A stretch of DNA of 46,974 nucleotides, taken from Bacteroidota bacterium. GTDB lineage: Bacteria; Bacteroidota; Ignavibacteria; UBA10030. Positions 1 through 9,400 of the stretch are shown here, in pieces. The DNA lies in assembly GCA_016928255.1 (NCBI GenBank), contig JAFGLB010000037.1, positions 1 to 46,974 of the forward strand, in the 5' to 3' direction. Position 1 is the first letter of the stretch. Each line of letters starts with the position of its first letter. Made by a program: the position numbers and the translations under genes. The notes below the pieces were generated by a model. The model searched no databases. It was given only the letters and a program-made list of their open reading frames with translations, and was not told the DNA's origin.

Positions 1-744
1 AAAGGATTTGCTCTTCGGCAGGGACTGGACTGCACGCTGCAGCGTATACACCAGCCTCTTTTGCCTGTCCGTGCCCGCAGGGTCATGCCTTCTATGAGAC
101 CCGCCAGACGCCTGCGCCCTGGCATGCAAATGAATATGTATACACAACGACGGTTTGAACCAGGTGCGGTGAGGCAGCATCCTGCTCGCCAGCATCAACG
201 GAATACCGTCATGGTATACCTGGCATGCACGGACTAAATCATGATCCGAATATGCCATCAATGCAAGAGGCGCAAGAAAACTCTCGCAGAACTGCCGGTA
301 TGCAATCCAGACATTCTCATCTCCCGTAAAAAAAGAGAGCGTGTCAATCAGCTTCGGCTTGCCGTCTACAAACTGAATGTTAAACGGCGTTGCATCTTTA
401 AGGTTGAACCCGTACAAAAGCGCCAGCTCCTGTATCTTCAGCGTGCACAAAGCTGCATCTTTATACTGTTCAAACGACCATTCATACGGATATGAAATCG
501 GATTTATTTGAAGTGGACGAATAATCAGCGGGTGATGAAGAATGTGCAGGGCAAGTTCCTTCTCTTCTTCATGAGGAATGATAAGCTCCTCTTCCAGCAA
601 AGCGTCATAAAATCCGGTCGATTTCAGCTTCGCATACGTGGCCAGATAGCATTCATTTACCGCACGGTAGACTGTTCCTTGATATTCGAAAACATAACCG
701 TCAACGTCCCGGAATGAAGCCGGATCTTTCTTCATAAAATTCAT
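1..744 (-). CDS. NoeA-like (SAM-dependent methyltransferase family) protein, N-terminal part; runs off the window edge
   Basis: Not in the ORF track because there is no stop in the window. Manual translation gives MNFMKKDPASFRDVDGYVF...ISYPYEWSFEQYKDAALCTL...LKDATPFNIQFVDGKPKLIDTLSF...WIAYRQFCESFLAPLAL, which matches remembered NoeA-family motifs. GGAGG lies upstream; alternative ATG at 735. Confidence 0.75.
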   Translation of the reverse strand, partial: MNFMKKDPASFRDVDGYVFEYQGTVYRAVNECYLATYAKLKSTGFYDALLEEELIIPHEEEKELALHILHHPLIIRPLQINPISYPYEWSFEQYKDAALCTLKIQELALLYGFNLKDATPFNIQFVDGKPKLIDTLSFFTGDENVWIAYRQFCESFLAPLALMAYSDHDLVRACQVYHDGIPLMLASRMLPHRTWFKPSLCIHIHLHARAQASGGSHRRHDPAGTDRQKRLVYTLQRAVQSLPKSKSF

Positions 745-801
745 CCTGCCGGATGCCTCCTGTACAATCTGTTACATAACCCGGCGAGCTTTATTGCCGA
801 T

Positions 802-1785
802 TTATTTCAGTGTCTTGAATTTATTCCGCCAGTCGTTTATTTGCCGGCTGTATTTTTGAATTACTATACAGTAACTTCCCGATAAAAAAAGCGCCAGCAT
901 TATTGAAACAAAAATAATTACAGCTTTTTTCGGATGTTCTTTTTTGGCTGCCGCCCTGCCGTAATCCAGTACGTTTATTATCGGTGTTGTCCTGATTTCT
1001 TCAATTCTTGCCAGCTCATACTGCTTCTTCAATTCTATATACATCGCCGAATTGATCTCTACCTCCCGTATCAGCCTTTCCTGGTTGAGCAGTAATTGAG
1101 GAGAACCGCTTACCACCCGGTTTTTTTCACGGAATATTTTCAGATTATTCTCCGATTTTGCAAGATCAGCTTTTACTTCTTCGAGCCGCGCTTCTATCCA
1201 CTTCCTCTGTTCCAGCGCATTTGTATTTCTCTTTGTGCGTATAAAATCATCCGCTTCGCAAATTATATTGTTTAAAATATCGGCCGATAACCGGGGCTCT
1301 TCTGTTTCGATAGACATTGTCAGGACCGATGTTTTTGCATCCATCGAAATACTGAGCTTTTCACGCAGTGCTTTTTGAGCAACTTCATAATCGCGTTCCG
1401 GAGTATTTTCCTTTATTTTCCAGTACCGTATCAGATCAACCGAATCCTCATACTCATTTGTACGGTATTTTGAATAAATAACATTTCTAAGCACCGACTC
1501 GCTTTTTATGATGGTCGGATACAGTTTGGCGGTCGCCACTTCCCCTCCGATATTCAGTCCCGCAAGAGAAGCAAGATTCGATATGCTCCCAAGCGAAGCA
1601 AGTTTCGATTTGTCCGTATCAGGCAGGAGAATTGCGGTCGATTTGAATGACTCGGGCAGTATGAAACTTATCACTGCCGCCAGTATCGTTATACTCGCTG
1701 TCGCAATAACTATAACTCTTCTCGAACGCCACAGGATGGAGAGGTATTCGAAGTAATCTTTTCGTTTTTTTTCTTCAGTCTGCAA
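802..1785 (-). CDS. Wzz-type polysaccharide chain-length determinant (PCP family, GNVR-like C-terminus)
   Basis: N-terminal TM followed by LPESFKSTAILLP, a coiled-coil centre, and C-terminal INVLD...HPKKAVI plus TM. No tyrosine-kinase domain. TTG start. Confidence 0.85.
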   Translation of the reverse strand: MQTEEKKRKDYFEYLSILWRSRRVIVIATASITILAAVISFILPESFKSTAILLPDTDKSKLASLGSISNLASLAGLNIGGEVATAKLYPTIIKSESVLRNVIYSKYRTNEYEDSVDLIRYWKIKENTPERDYEVAQKALREKLSISMDAKTSVLTMSIETEEPRLSADILNNIICEADDFIRTKRNTNALEQRKWIEARLEEVKADLAKSENNLKIFREKNRVVSGSPQLLLNQERLIREVEINSAMYIELKKQYELARIEEIRTTPIINVLDYGRAAAKKEHPKKAVIIFVSIMLALFLSGSYCIVIQKYSRQINDWRNKFKTLK

Positions 1786-1807
1786 TTTATTGTCGTTTAA
1801 TAATTTT

Positions 1808-1849
1808 GTGATTTGTAATTAGTGATAAGTAATATGTGATTAGTGATTA
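1808..1849. repeat. Six tandem 7-nt units, consensus GTRATWW; overlaps the stop codon of the four-helix-bundle gene
   Basis: GTGATTT GTAATTA GTGATAA GTAATAT GTGATTA GTGATTA read directly from the sequence. Confidence 0.85.
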
Positions 1850-2214
1850 GTTTTTATGCTCTTTATAAGACCACTTAAGAGCATTTCCACTTCTGATAAG
1901 CGCTTATTTATTGTATCGTTTATTTCTTCGTCAATAAAATTCAATTTGTATGATATTTCAATTTGCGAATCTATCTCACTCAGAGAACCCTGTGCCATAT
2001 TCAAAAAATGGATTTTATCTTTTTCGGTCCTTCTTGTTAATCCTTCTGATATATTTGAAGGGACAGAAACAGCAGCACGCTTTAGTTGTGCTTTTAATCC
2101 AAATTCTTCTTCACGCGGAAATCGTTTTGTGATCCCATAAATATATACAATAAGATCAATTGCTTTCGTCCATAATTGTAATTTCTTATGTGGTTTTCGT
2201 CTCTCCAATTCCAT
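1840..2214 (-). CDS. Four helix bundle protein (23S rRNA-IVS protein / S23 / TIGR02436-like family)
   Basis: HKKLQLWTKAIDL...FPREEEFGLKAQLKRAAVSVPSNISEG...FLNMAQGSLSEIDSQ family signature; GGGAG SD upstream; visibly AT-rich. Confidence 0.92.
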   Translation of the reverse strand: MELERRKPHKKLQLWTKAIDLIVYIYGITKRFPREEEFGLKAQLKRAAVSVPSNISEGLTRRTEKDKIHFLNMAQGSLSEIDSQIEISYKLNFIDEEINDTINKRLSEVEMLLSGLIKSIKTNH

Positions 2215-2229
2215 TAACTTTTTCTCCCT

Positions 2230-2320
2230 TCACTTATTACTTATTACCTATCACTTATCACTGTTTACCGTTTACCATTTACCGTTTACTTATCACCAAT
2301 CACTTATAACTAATCACCAC
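2230..2320. repeat. Thirteen tandem 7-nt units (TYACYNN), reverse-complementary to the 1808-1849 array
   Basis: TCACTTA TTACTTA TTACCTA TCACTTA TCACTGT TTACCGT TTACCAT TTACCGT TTACTTA TCACCAA TCACTTA TAACTAA TCACCAC; two more units ACTGTTT at 2351-2364. Confidence 0.9.
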
Positions 2321-2325
2321 TTTTA

Positions 2326-2348
2326 CGAAAGCTGAAGCTTTCGGCTAC
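2326..2348 (-). repeat. GTAG-type REP-like palindrome
   Basis: Minus strand reads GTAGC-CGAAAGC-TTCA-GCTTTCG: a GTAG tetranucleotide followed by a perfect 7-bp stem. Confidence 0.55.
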
Positions 2349-2362
2349 CGACTGTTTACTGT

Positions 2363-4753
2363 TTACTTCGTAATCTGCACAATTCCTATGGTGATAGCAG
2401 CAAGGCTGGCAATGATAGTTGCCCAATCCCGCAGTATTGCAAGGGTTTCTGTTTTAGTTTCAATTTTCTTGGGGACATAAACAGTACTTCCGCCAAGAAT
2501 ATCATTGCTTGAGAAGAGGTAGAACTTATCTTCCCATCGCCTGCCGTTGGGCAGTATCACCACTATCCTGTCTTCGTCGGCTTCATCCGTCATTCCGCCT
2601 GCCTGTTCTATATAATAATCCAGGCTTGCACCTTTTTTATGAACAACTGCGGCCTGAACAAATACTTCTCCCCGCACCTTGACAACTTCCTGTTGAAAAG
2701 AAATCATAATTGAATCGCCGGCAAGCAGTTTGATATTTTCGGAGGATTCAGTGTCGTCAAGCGCTTTTTCAAAATCGATCGGTACTAAACCCGCGTTGTT
2801 CCACTTGCGCACCAGTGTGGATCCTTCCAGGTATGCACCCGGGCGAAGTCCACCTGCTCTGTTGATCAGGCTCGAAAGTCTCTCGTCCTGTTCACTGAGT
2901 GCATAAGAACCGGGATACAGCACATAGCCATGAATTTCGACGACTCTTTGTTTATTGTACTTCGGATTTGAAGGCACCATCAAGTGATCGAAATCCTCCA
3001 GGTAACTCGATTCGCCGTTTTTTTCTTCCCAGTATTCATTTTGAACATTGAATTTTCTGATTGTGCTGAATGAACCTATACGAGTCGTATCGAGCCGCGA
3101 CAGTTCCCATGAATATTTCGAAGCATTTTCGGTAAGCCCTCCGGCCATGACTACCAGATCCGCAATTGTCATATTTTCGTGGCGCGGGTATGTCCCCGGT
3201 TTCCTCACGGCACCTCCCACGCTCACTGTATGTTCCGGAAAGAACTGGCTCTCTTTATATATGACAAGCGAGTCCTCGTTCTTCAGCTCAATATTATTTT
3301 CCGGATCATCCAAGAAAGCGAGACGCGGATTGAAAGAAATTATTTCCCTGCGGAGATTAGCCAGCATACGGAAGAGAGTGCCGCGCTCGGTAAAAGTATT
3401 GCGGTCCAGGCTGTCTGCTTCATACAAAAGGTCTTTTATACGCATTCCCGATTTTAATTGAAATGTCCCGGATTTTTTCACATTGCCTGTTATAATCACC
3501 CGGTTTTCGGGAATTGATCCCACCTGGTAGACAGAAACTATATCGCCGTTCTGTATTTCGAATTTGCTTTCTGCTGCTTCGCGGTATGTATTAAAATGTA
3601 CGTCGAAATCAAGAAAGTTCTGAGAATGTTTTTTTCTTTCATCAAAGGGAATAAGCCGTTCGATATGAATACGTTCGAAATACGCATCGAACCTCAGTCC
3701 TCCCGCGAATCCGATCAGCGTGCCGAGATTTTCATTCTCCTTTATCTCATATATTCCGGGTCTCAGAACGTTGCCGGTTATTGCCGCCCTTGTTCCGACA
3801 GGTTTCACAAATACTATATCGCCATCCTGCAGGTGGATATCCTTGGAATTGTCGGCCCGCAGCGCGTAATCGTAAAAATCAAATACGCCTGCGGTGTTTC
3901 CGCTGCGTACAATCTGAATATTTCTGAGACTTCCGTTAATTGAAGGACCTTCGGAAAGATAGAGAGCATGCAAGGCGGTGGATAATGAAGACAGTGAATA
4001 CCCTCCAGGTTTGCGGACTTCGCCGAGGACAAATATCTGAATGGTCCTGATTTTCGCCAGAGAAACATCCAGGAATGAAGTCGCGCCCCGCCCGCCGTTC
4101 CTGAGACTTGAATATACAGCCGTCATCTGCCTGATCAGTTTATCCTTCAGATTGGGTACTGTTGTACCACCTGCCGAGACGGGGCCTATATCTGGAACCA
4201 GAATATTTCCTTCCCTGTTCACCGGCAGCTGATAGTATAATTTTGTGTCTCCCCACACTGCAATAACAACTTCATCACCCGGGCCCAATGTATAAGACGA
4301 CGGCGTAGCCGCATCTAGAATCGGCTCGAATGTCGATTGGGGATATTGAAAAATCGAATAGCCGAACGGTTTCAGATTTACAGCCGGCGGCCTTTCCGAA
4401 AATCCCGGAACTATGCTGTCGATTTCCATTCTTTCCGCTAATTGATGATCTTTTTTCTCTCCAAACCTTGAATCTTTAAAAGGCCCTGTTTTTTTGTATA
4501 ACGAATCGGCAGCTGACGGATACTGAGAGACAGGATTAAGAAATTCTTCAAGATCAATGTTGTACAGCGACGCCTGTTTAACTGCTTCCTCTCTTGAAAT
4601 TCCAAGTTCCTTAAGCCTTTTTTCCATATCTATCGGGTTCATCTTGTTCAGTGCGGATTTATTATGCGGTTTATTTTGCGCATGCATCTGCCGGGGAAGA
4701 ATTATCAAACCTGTAAGCAGAACAGTAACCAGGAGAATTGAATATTTACTCAT
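2363..4753 (-). CDS. Polysaccharide export protein, Poly_export domain plus multiple SLBB domains (Wza/KpsD-like)
   Basis: Signal peptide, YTLGPGDEVVIAVWG Poly_export motif, repeated V.GEV..PG.Y / AGG SLBB motifs, C-terminal amphipathic helix. Confidence 0.9.
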   Translation of the reverse strand: MSKYSILLVTVLLTGLIILPRQMHAQNKPHNKSALNKMNPIDMEKRLKELGISREEAVKQASLYNIDLEEFLNPVSQYPSAADSLYKKTGPFKDSRFGEKKDHQLAERMEIDSIVPGFSERPPAVNLKPFGYSIFQYPQSTFEPILDAATPSSYTLGPGDEVVIAVWGDTKLYYQLPVNREGNILVPDIGPVSAGGTTVPNLKDKLIRQMTAVYSSLRNGGRGATSFLDVSLAKIRTIQIFVLGEVRKPGGYSLSSLSTALHALYLSEGPSINGSLRNIQIVRSGNTAGVFDFYDYALRADNSKDIHLQDGDIVFVKPVGTRAAITGNVLRPGIYEIKENENLGTLIGFAGGLRFDAYFERIHIERLIPFDERKKHSQNFLDFDVHFNTYREAAESKFEIQNGDIVSVYQVGSIPENRVIITGNVKKSGTFQLKSGMRIKDLLYEADSLDRNTFTERGTLFRMLANLRREIISFNPRLAFLDDPENNIELKNEDSLVIYKESQFFPEHTVSVGGAVRKPGTYPRHENMTIADLVVMAGGLTENASKYSWELSRLDTTRIGSFSTIRKFNVQNEYWEEKNGESSYLEDFDHLMVPSNPKYNKQRVVEIHGYVLYPGSYALSEQDERLSSLINRAGGLRPGAYLEGSTLVRKWNNAGLVPIDFEKALDDTESSENIKLLAGDSIMISFQQEVVKVRGEVFVQAAVVHKKGASLDYYIEQAGGMTDEADEDRIVVILPNGRRWEDKFYLFSSNDILGGSTVYVPKKIETKTETLAILRDWATIIASLAAITIGIVQITK

Positions 4754-4859
4754 AGCGTACCCTTTTGTATCAATCGTCAGTATTCGCTCTCAAAAATAAC
4801 AATATGCAAAATGAATCGGATTTGTATTACTTTTTCAGATTACAGGGATGAGTAATACT

Positions 4860-5369
4860 TCATTTTTCTTTTTTGCTGTTCTTGTTGAAAAAAGATACAA
4901 GTTTTCGCCAGCTGTTATGCATGTCTTCCGAAACAACTTTAACATCCGCAAGAACAGGAAAAAAATTCGTATCCCCATTCCATCTCGGGACAAGATGGAA
5001 ATGAATATGTTCTGCAACGCCGGCCCCTGCCTCTTTCCCGATATTCGCTCCAAAATTGAATCCGTCCGGCTTGCTGGTTTTTTTCAAGACCTGCATACAC
5101 CGAACCACGGTCTTCATAATTTCGATATTCGTTTCGTCGGATAATTTATCCATTGCCGAAGCATGGATATACGGCACTATCATCAAATGGCCGTTATTGT
5201 AGGGATACTTGTTCAGAAGCACAAAACACTTTTTGCCGCGCCAGATAACAAGATTATTTTCGTCATTATCTTCTTTTGCTATCCTGCAAAAAATGCATCC
5301 CTTATTTTTTTTACCGCCCTGGAAGGATTGTATATAGGCCGACCGCCATGGAGAAAACAAGCGCTTCAT
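4860..5369 (-). CDS. HIT family nucleotide hydrolase/phosphorylase (Ap4A phosphorylase-like)
   Basis: LFSPWR, CIFC, LNKYPYNNGHLMIVP, AGAG...HIHFHLVPRW histidine triad. Confidence 0.9.
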   Translation of the reverse strand: MKRLFSPWRSAYIQSFQGGKKNKGCIFCRIAKEDNDENNLVIWRGKKCFVLLNKYPYNNGHLMIVPYIHASAMDKLSDETNIEIMKTVVRCMQVLKKTSKPDGFNFGANIGKEAGAGVAEHIHFHLVPRWNGDTNFFPVLADVKVVSEDMHNSWRKLVSFFNKNSKKEK

Positions 5370-5524
5370 CTTTTCAGTATCTCTTTCATTTCAATTGATT
5401 ACATTAGAAACTGTCTGTAAGACTTTTATTAAATAATGTATCAAACAAAGATATACCAATCAAGATGATATAATCGTTAGTCTTAATCGCATTGGAACTG
5501 TATTTAAACGCTTTTACCCCTGTT

Positions 5525-6460
5525 TTACAGTTCACACTGCATATGAAGTGTGGGTACGAATTCCACAAAATTTCCATAGACATTTCGCGGTTCGATATGG
5601 CTGTGCATCCTGATCCTGCGGTTAATGCCTGACGTATTCCAGACAGCTTCCAGCGCGCTAAGAATATGGTTTGCTACTATTATGTACGTGGCTGTTGTAG
5701 CTATGTCGTAATAATCGTTCGCATCGCCGCGCATTTTGGCATAAGCTTTAAACTGATCGGATACATTTCCCAATCCGCTGTTGGCAATTACATCTGCTCT
5801 TGTAAACCAGCCCGCATCGGCCCATCCGCTGCCGAATTGAGAATATTTTCCTATCATCTCGTAGTACTGCTGGTCGCTGTAGGGCGCGAGTTTATGAGTG
5901 AATCCTGTCGGCTGTATCGACAGGTCGCCGCCGATTTCTTCCTCGATAGTATTTAATTCATCCCACTGAACTCTTTCCCATGGTTGGAGATTAACTTCCG
6001 TTTGATTGATAGCAATATTTTTACTAAAGTTGGCATTTATCCAGCCGGCATACCTGACCACCGACCAGTTTTCATCTGCGTATTTTTTAAAGTCACTTGT
6101 TTTGTCGTCGCCTTTTTTCTCATGCAGGAGATATACAGCCCATAAAACGGCTTCCGCACCCAGGAAAAGCGAACCTTTCAAATATTGTTTTGTATACAGC
6201 TGTCCTGCGCCCGGTATTACAAGCGAGAACAATCCAGCCGTTACAGGCGAGTAGAGTTTTACCTTTACAGTTTTTTTCGCAGAGACAGCGCTGTCCGCTG
6301 CTGCATCGTAATAATTGTCAGCCCGTAAATCACAAATGAGATTTCCAGTCAGAACGAATTCCTTATTTGTTTCTGCCTGACCTGTTTTATACTGGCCGTA
6401 AGCATTGAAAATAATTATTATCAGCCCGATAATTACCAATATAATTATTCGGATGTTCAT
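5525..6460 (-). CDS. Hypothetical membrane/exported protein (DUF5683-like)
   Basis: Signal peptide, SP..AGLFSLVIPGAGQLY motif, hydrophobic segments, conserved-looking QQYYEMIGKY. Confidence 0.6.
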   Translation of the reverse strand: MNIRIIILVIIGLIIIIFNAYGQYKTGQAETNKEFVLTGNLICDLRADNYYDAAADSAVSAKKTVKVKLYSPVTAGLFSLVIPGAGQLYTKQYLKGSLFLGAEAVLWAVYLLHEKKGDDKTSDFKKYADENWSVVRYAGWINANFSKNIAINQTEVNLQPWERVQWDELNTIEEEIGGDLSIQPTGFTHKLAPYSDQQYYEMIGKYSQFGSGWADAGWFTRADVIANSGLGNVSDQFKAYAKMRGDANDYYDIATTATYIIVANHILSALEAVWNTSGINRRIRMHSHIEPRNVYGNFVEFVPTLHMQCEL

Positions 6461-6464
6461 TTTA

Positions 6465-9400
6465 TCACCTCATAAATTGACGTGGTGCCATTGCATTCAA
6501 ATCAAAACCAAACAGAATTCCCAGATAGAACCGCCATTCCCTGCCGTATTGAACGGTCGTTACATTTATATCCCTTACACTTCTTGAAAATTTATCCAGC
6601 CCGTATGCCCCCGAAAAAAATATGCGTGTCGGCATGGTGTAGAAAGAAAATGCTTCCAGCCGGAGTTCAAATCCGATATCTCTTTTCCATTTATCAAAAG
6701 AAGGCATATCGCTTGTCCATGCATCCCCGACATCGTAAAACACGGAACCGTAGAGCTTTTTAAAATACAGCTGAAGAATTCTGAAATTCAATTCAGTGAA
6801 AATCGGGAATCTATAAGTCGCATTTATCGAAACCGACTTGTTGCCTCCGATTGCATAGAACGGGTAGCCCCTCATTCCCACAAACCCACCTGCATAATAA
6901 TCAAAAAACTGGTCCACTGAATCGCCAAGAATTCCCGCGGCATAGACTCCCAGCGTAAGCGTCTGCTTGTCAAGCGGAAGCTGTATATGTTCAGTCCAGT
7001 TTAATTCAAGACGATTCATATTAAATTTATTGTACACAGGAACCCTGAAGCCGTCTTTGTATTCGGCAGAGTCCCTCGGATTGTATTTATTAATATCATA
7101 AAAATATTTCAAAGTGACCAATCGTCCGACCGGATTTATTTCCCTGTCTACCGTTCTCATGATACGGTCGTATTTCAGTTGCAGAGCAAAAGAATTGCCG
7201 ATGAAATAAGTGGAGCGCGTAGCCGGGATCGGCTCCCTGAACAGCGGATGCTTCCAGCTGCCGAAATCCTGGTTATACCTGCTCAGCGCGTACACTATTT
7301 TTGCTTCGCACAGCTCTGAGACAAACTTCTGCTTTAAGGAAATATCGAACTCGAAAAGAGAATAACTCACATCTGTGTAAAAAGTCTGCAGGCCGTACGG
7401 GTGATTCGGATTATTGACATATAGATCAAACGAGATATCCCGTTTTCGGGATATACTGTAAAGCTCGAGTGAAACTACCGGTTCAAGTCCCAGCTGGTAT
7501 AGAAACGGCAATTGCCCCCTGTACTCGGTGATCAGGAAAATATCTCTTTCCCAGTTCCTGTTGATCGCCGCCCCGCCGAAAATATCCATTTTGTTTAAAA
7601 CTTCGGATGATGTAAAATAAATGCCCGGTTTAATTATATCCAGTATATTTTTGCTTTGTGTGTAATCATCAAAACGAATGAACGGCATGAACAAAACATT
7701 CGTGAATACAGGTTTATACGGCCTGACCGAATGCGGGACTGAATCGGCCGGCATTTTTTTAAAAGATATTTCGTCCCTTGCCGATGAATCCGGATACTGC
7801 GGTGCCAAAAAACTTGGTGCGTTGTTTGTAAAAGTACCGTGCATTAAATTTTCTTTATCGGATTCTTTTTGTAGAAGCGCGATTTTATAACCCGAAGATT
7901 TATAACAGGCAAAAATCAGGTTTCCTTTTTTATCCACTGAAGGGAGAAAAGCGCCTCCCAGTACGTTTGTTTCCTGCCTCTCGACACCTGTAACTAAATT
8001 CAGCGAATAAATATTATATATTCCTCCTTTGTTCCATGAATAGTAGAGAATGGAGTCAGAAGCAAAGAAAGGATTACGGCAGTCCCCGCTGTGATTGGAG
8101 ACAGCCAGACCGCTCCCGTCCGAATTGATAAACGCGACCGACTGGTTATGTGCTGTCGAATAGCCGAATGCGGTTTTCTTTCCGTCTGCCGACCAGACTG
8201 GAGTGTAAACCTGTTCTCCGTTTTGAAATCCTGTTATATTTTTAATATTGCTGCCGTCGTTATCGCATATGCCGATATTTGCAGTACCGTCTTTTCCATA
8301 AACGAAAACAAGCTTTCTGCCGTCAGGAGAAATTTTCGGATTGGATGCGCGAAGCCCGTAAGTCAGTCTCTGCTCGTCATCCGCCGATAAATCATATTTG
8401 TAAATATCGCCGTACCCCGACCAGTGCGGATTGTCGAAATCGATTCGCGAATAATAAAGATAACGTCCATCCGGTGAAAACGACAGGGATGAACGCACAC
8501 CTGACTTTATCATTCTGGATTCTTTTGTATTCAGATCATAAATATAAATTCCGCTTAGTGAAAGGTAATCCATGCCTTTGTTGGATACATATGCAATTTT
8601 TGATCCGTCCGGTGAAAACGCAGGGTAAAAATTGCCGAATCCTTCATTCTCTATAATCGTTCCTTCCCTGATCGCTGTGCCCAGGGAATCTTTCATCCTT
8701 TTATACTGATTTATTTTCTCCAGCTTCCATTCATTATAAAGCTGTTCTCCGGTCATGCCCAGAGATTCTTCAATTGCACCATCAATAGTTAATCTTAAAG
8801 GTGCGGAAATTTTTTGTGAAATCTCCTTAAGCTTATCAGCCCCGTATTTTTGAGAAATATACTCTACCAGTGAAAAACCTGAATTATACACGGACTCGTT
8901 GCCCAAACTGTTTTTACCAAACATACCCATTTCTTCCCATTCGAGCGGAGTTCCTTCTAACATATTCATTCGGAGAATCATATCCCTGTGTGAATCCCAA
9001 TAATCATAGTCCAGCGAAGGATTATTGTACTGCGCCGTGCCTTCGGCAAACCACATGGGAATTACGAAGCCGGAAAACGGATACGATGCAATGACATTCG
9101 GGTACCCGTACAGCACGTCCGGCCTTTGTTCATCTTCGTATCCGAGCCATTGCAGATAAATTCCCGGGAACTTACGGCCGAACTTCATTGATTTTTGTAT
9201 TTGTATGATATGAGTAAATTCATGCGTCACTACGTTCAACAACCATGGATGAGTACCTCTTAATTCAAAATCAAGCGAAGGTGCCCAGATTTCAATCTTA
9301 TTATCGTAAAAGTATGCACCACCGTTTGAATAATCATCATGATCCCTTATAATAATGCTTACACGCTGATCCGGTTCATGATCATACAGGCTGGTGACAG

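Noticed and set aside
150-300. Multiheme cytochrome or zinc finger suggested by Cys/His residues (including the +241..495 ORF with CHQC)
   Set aside because: No CxxCH in the minus-strand frame; the plus-strand ORF is antisense to the NoeA-like gene
1840-2214. Diversity-generating retroelement (Avd-like gene)
   Set aside because: No reverse transcriptase and no TR/VR repeat pair visible in the window
2230-2320. CRISPR array
   Set aside because: Units are 7 nt and contiguous, with no spacers and no cas genes
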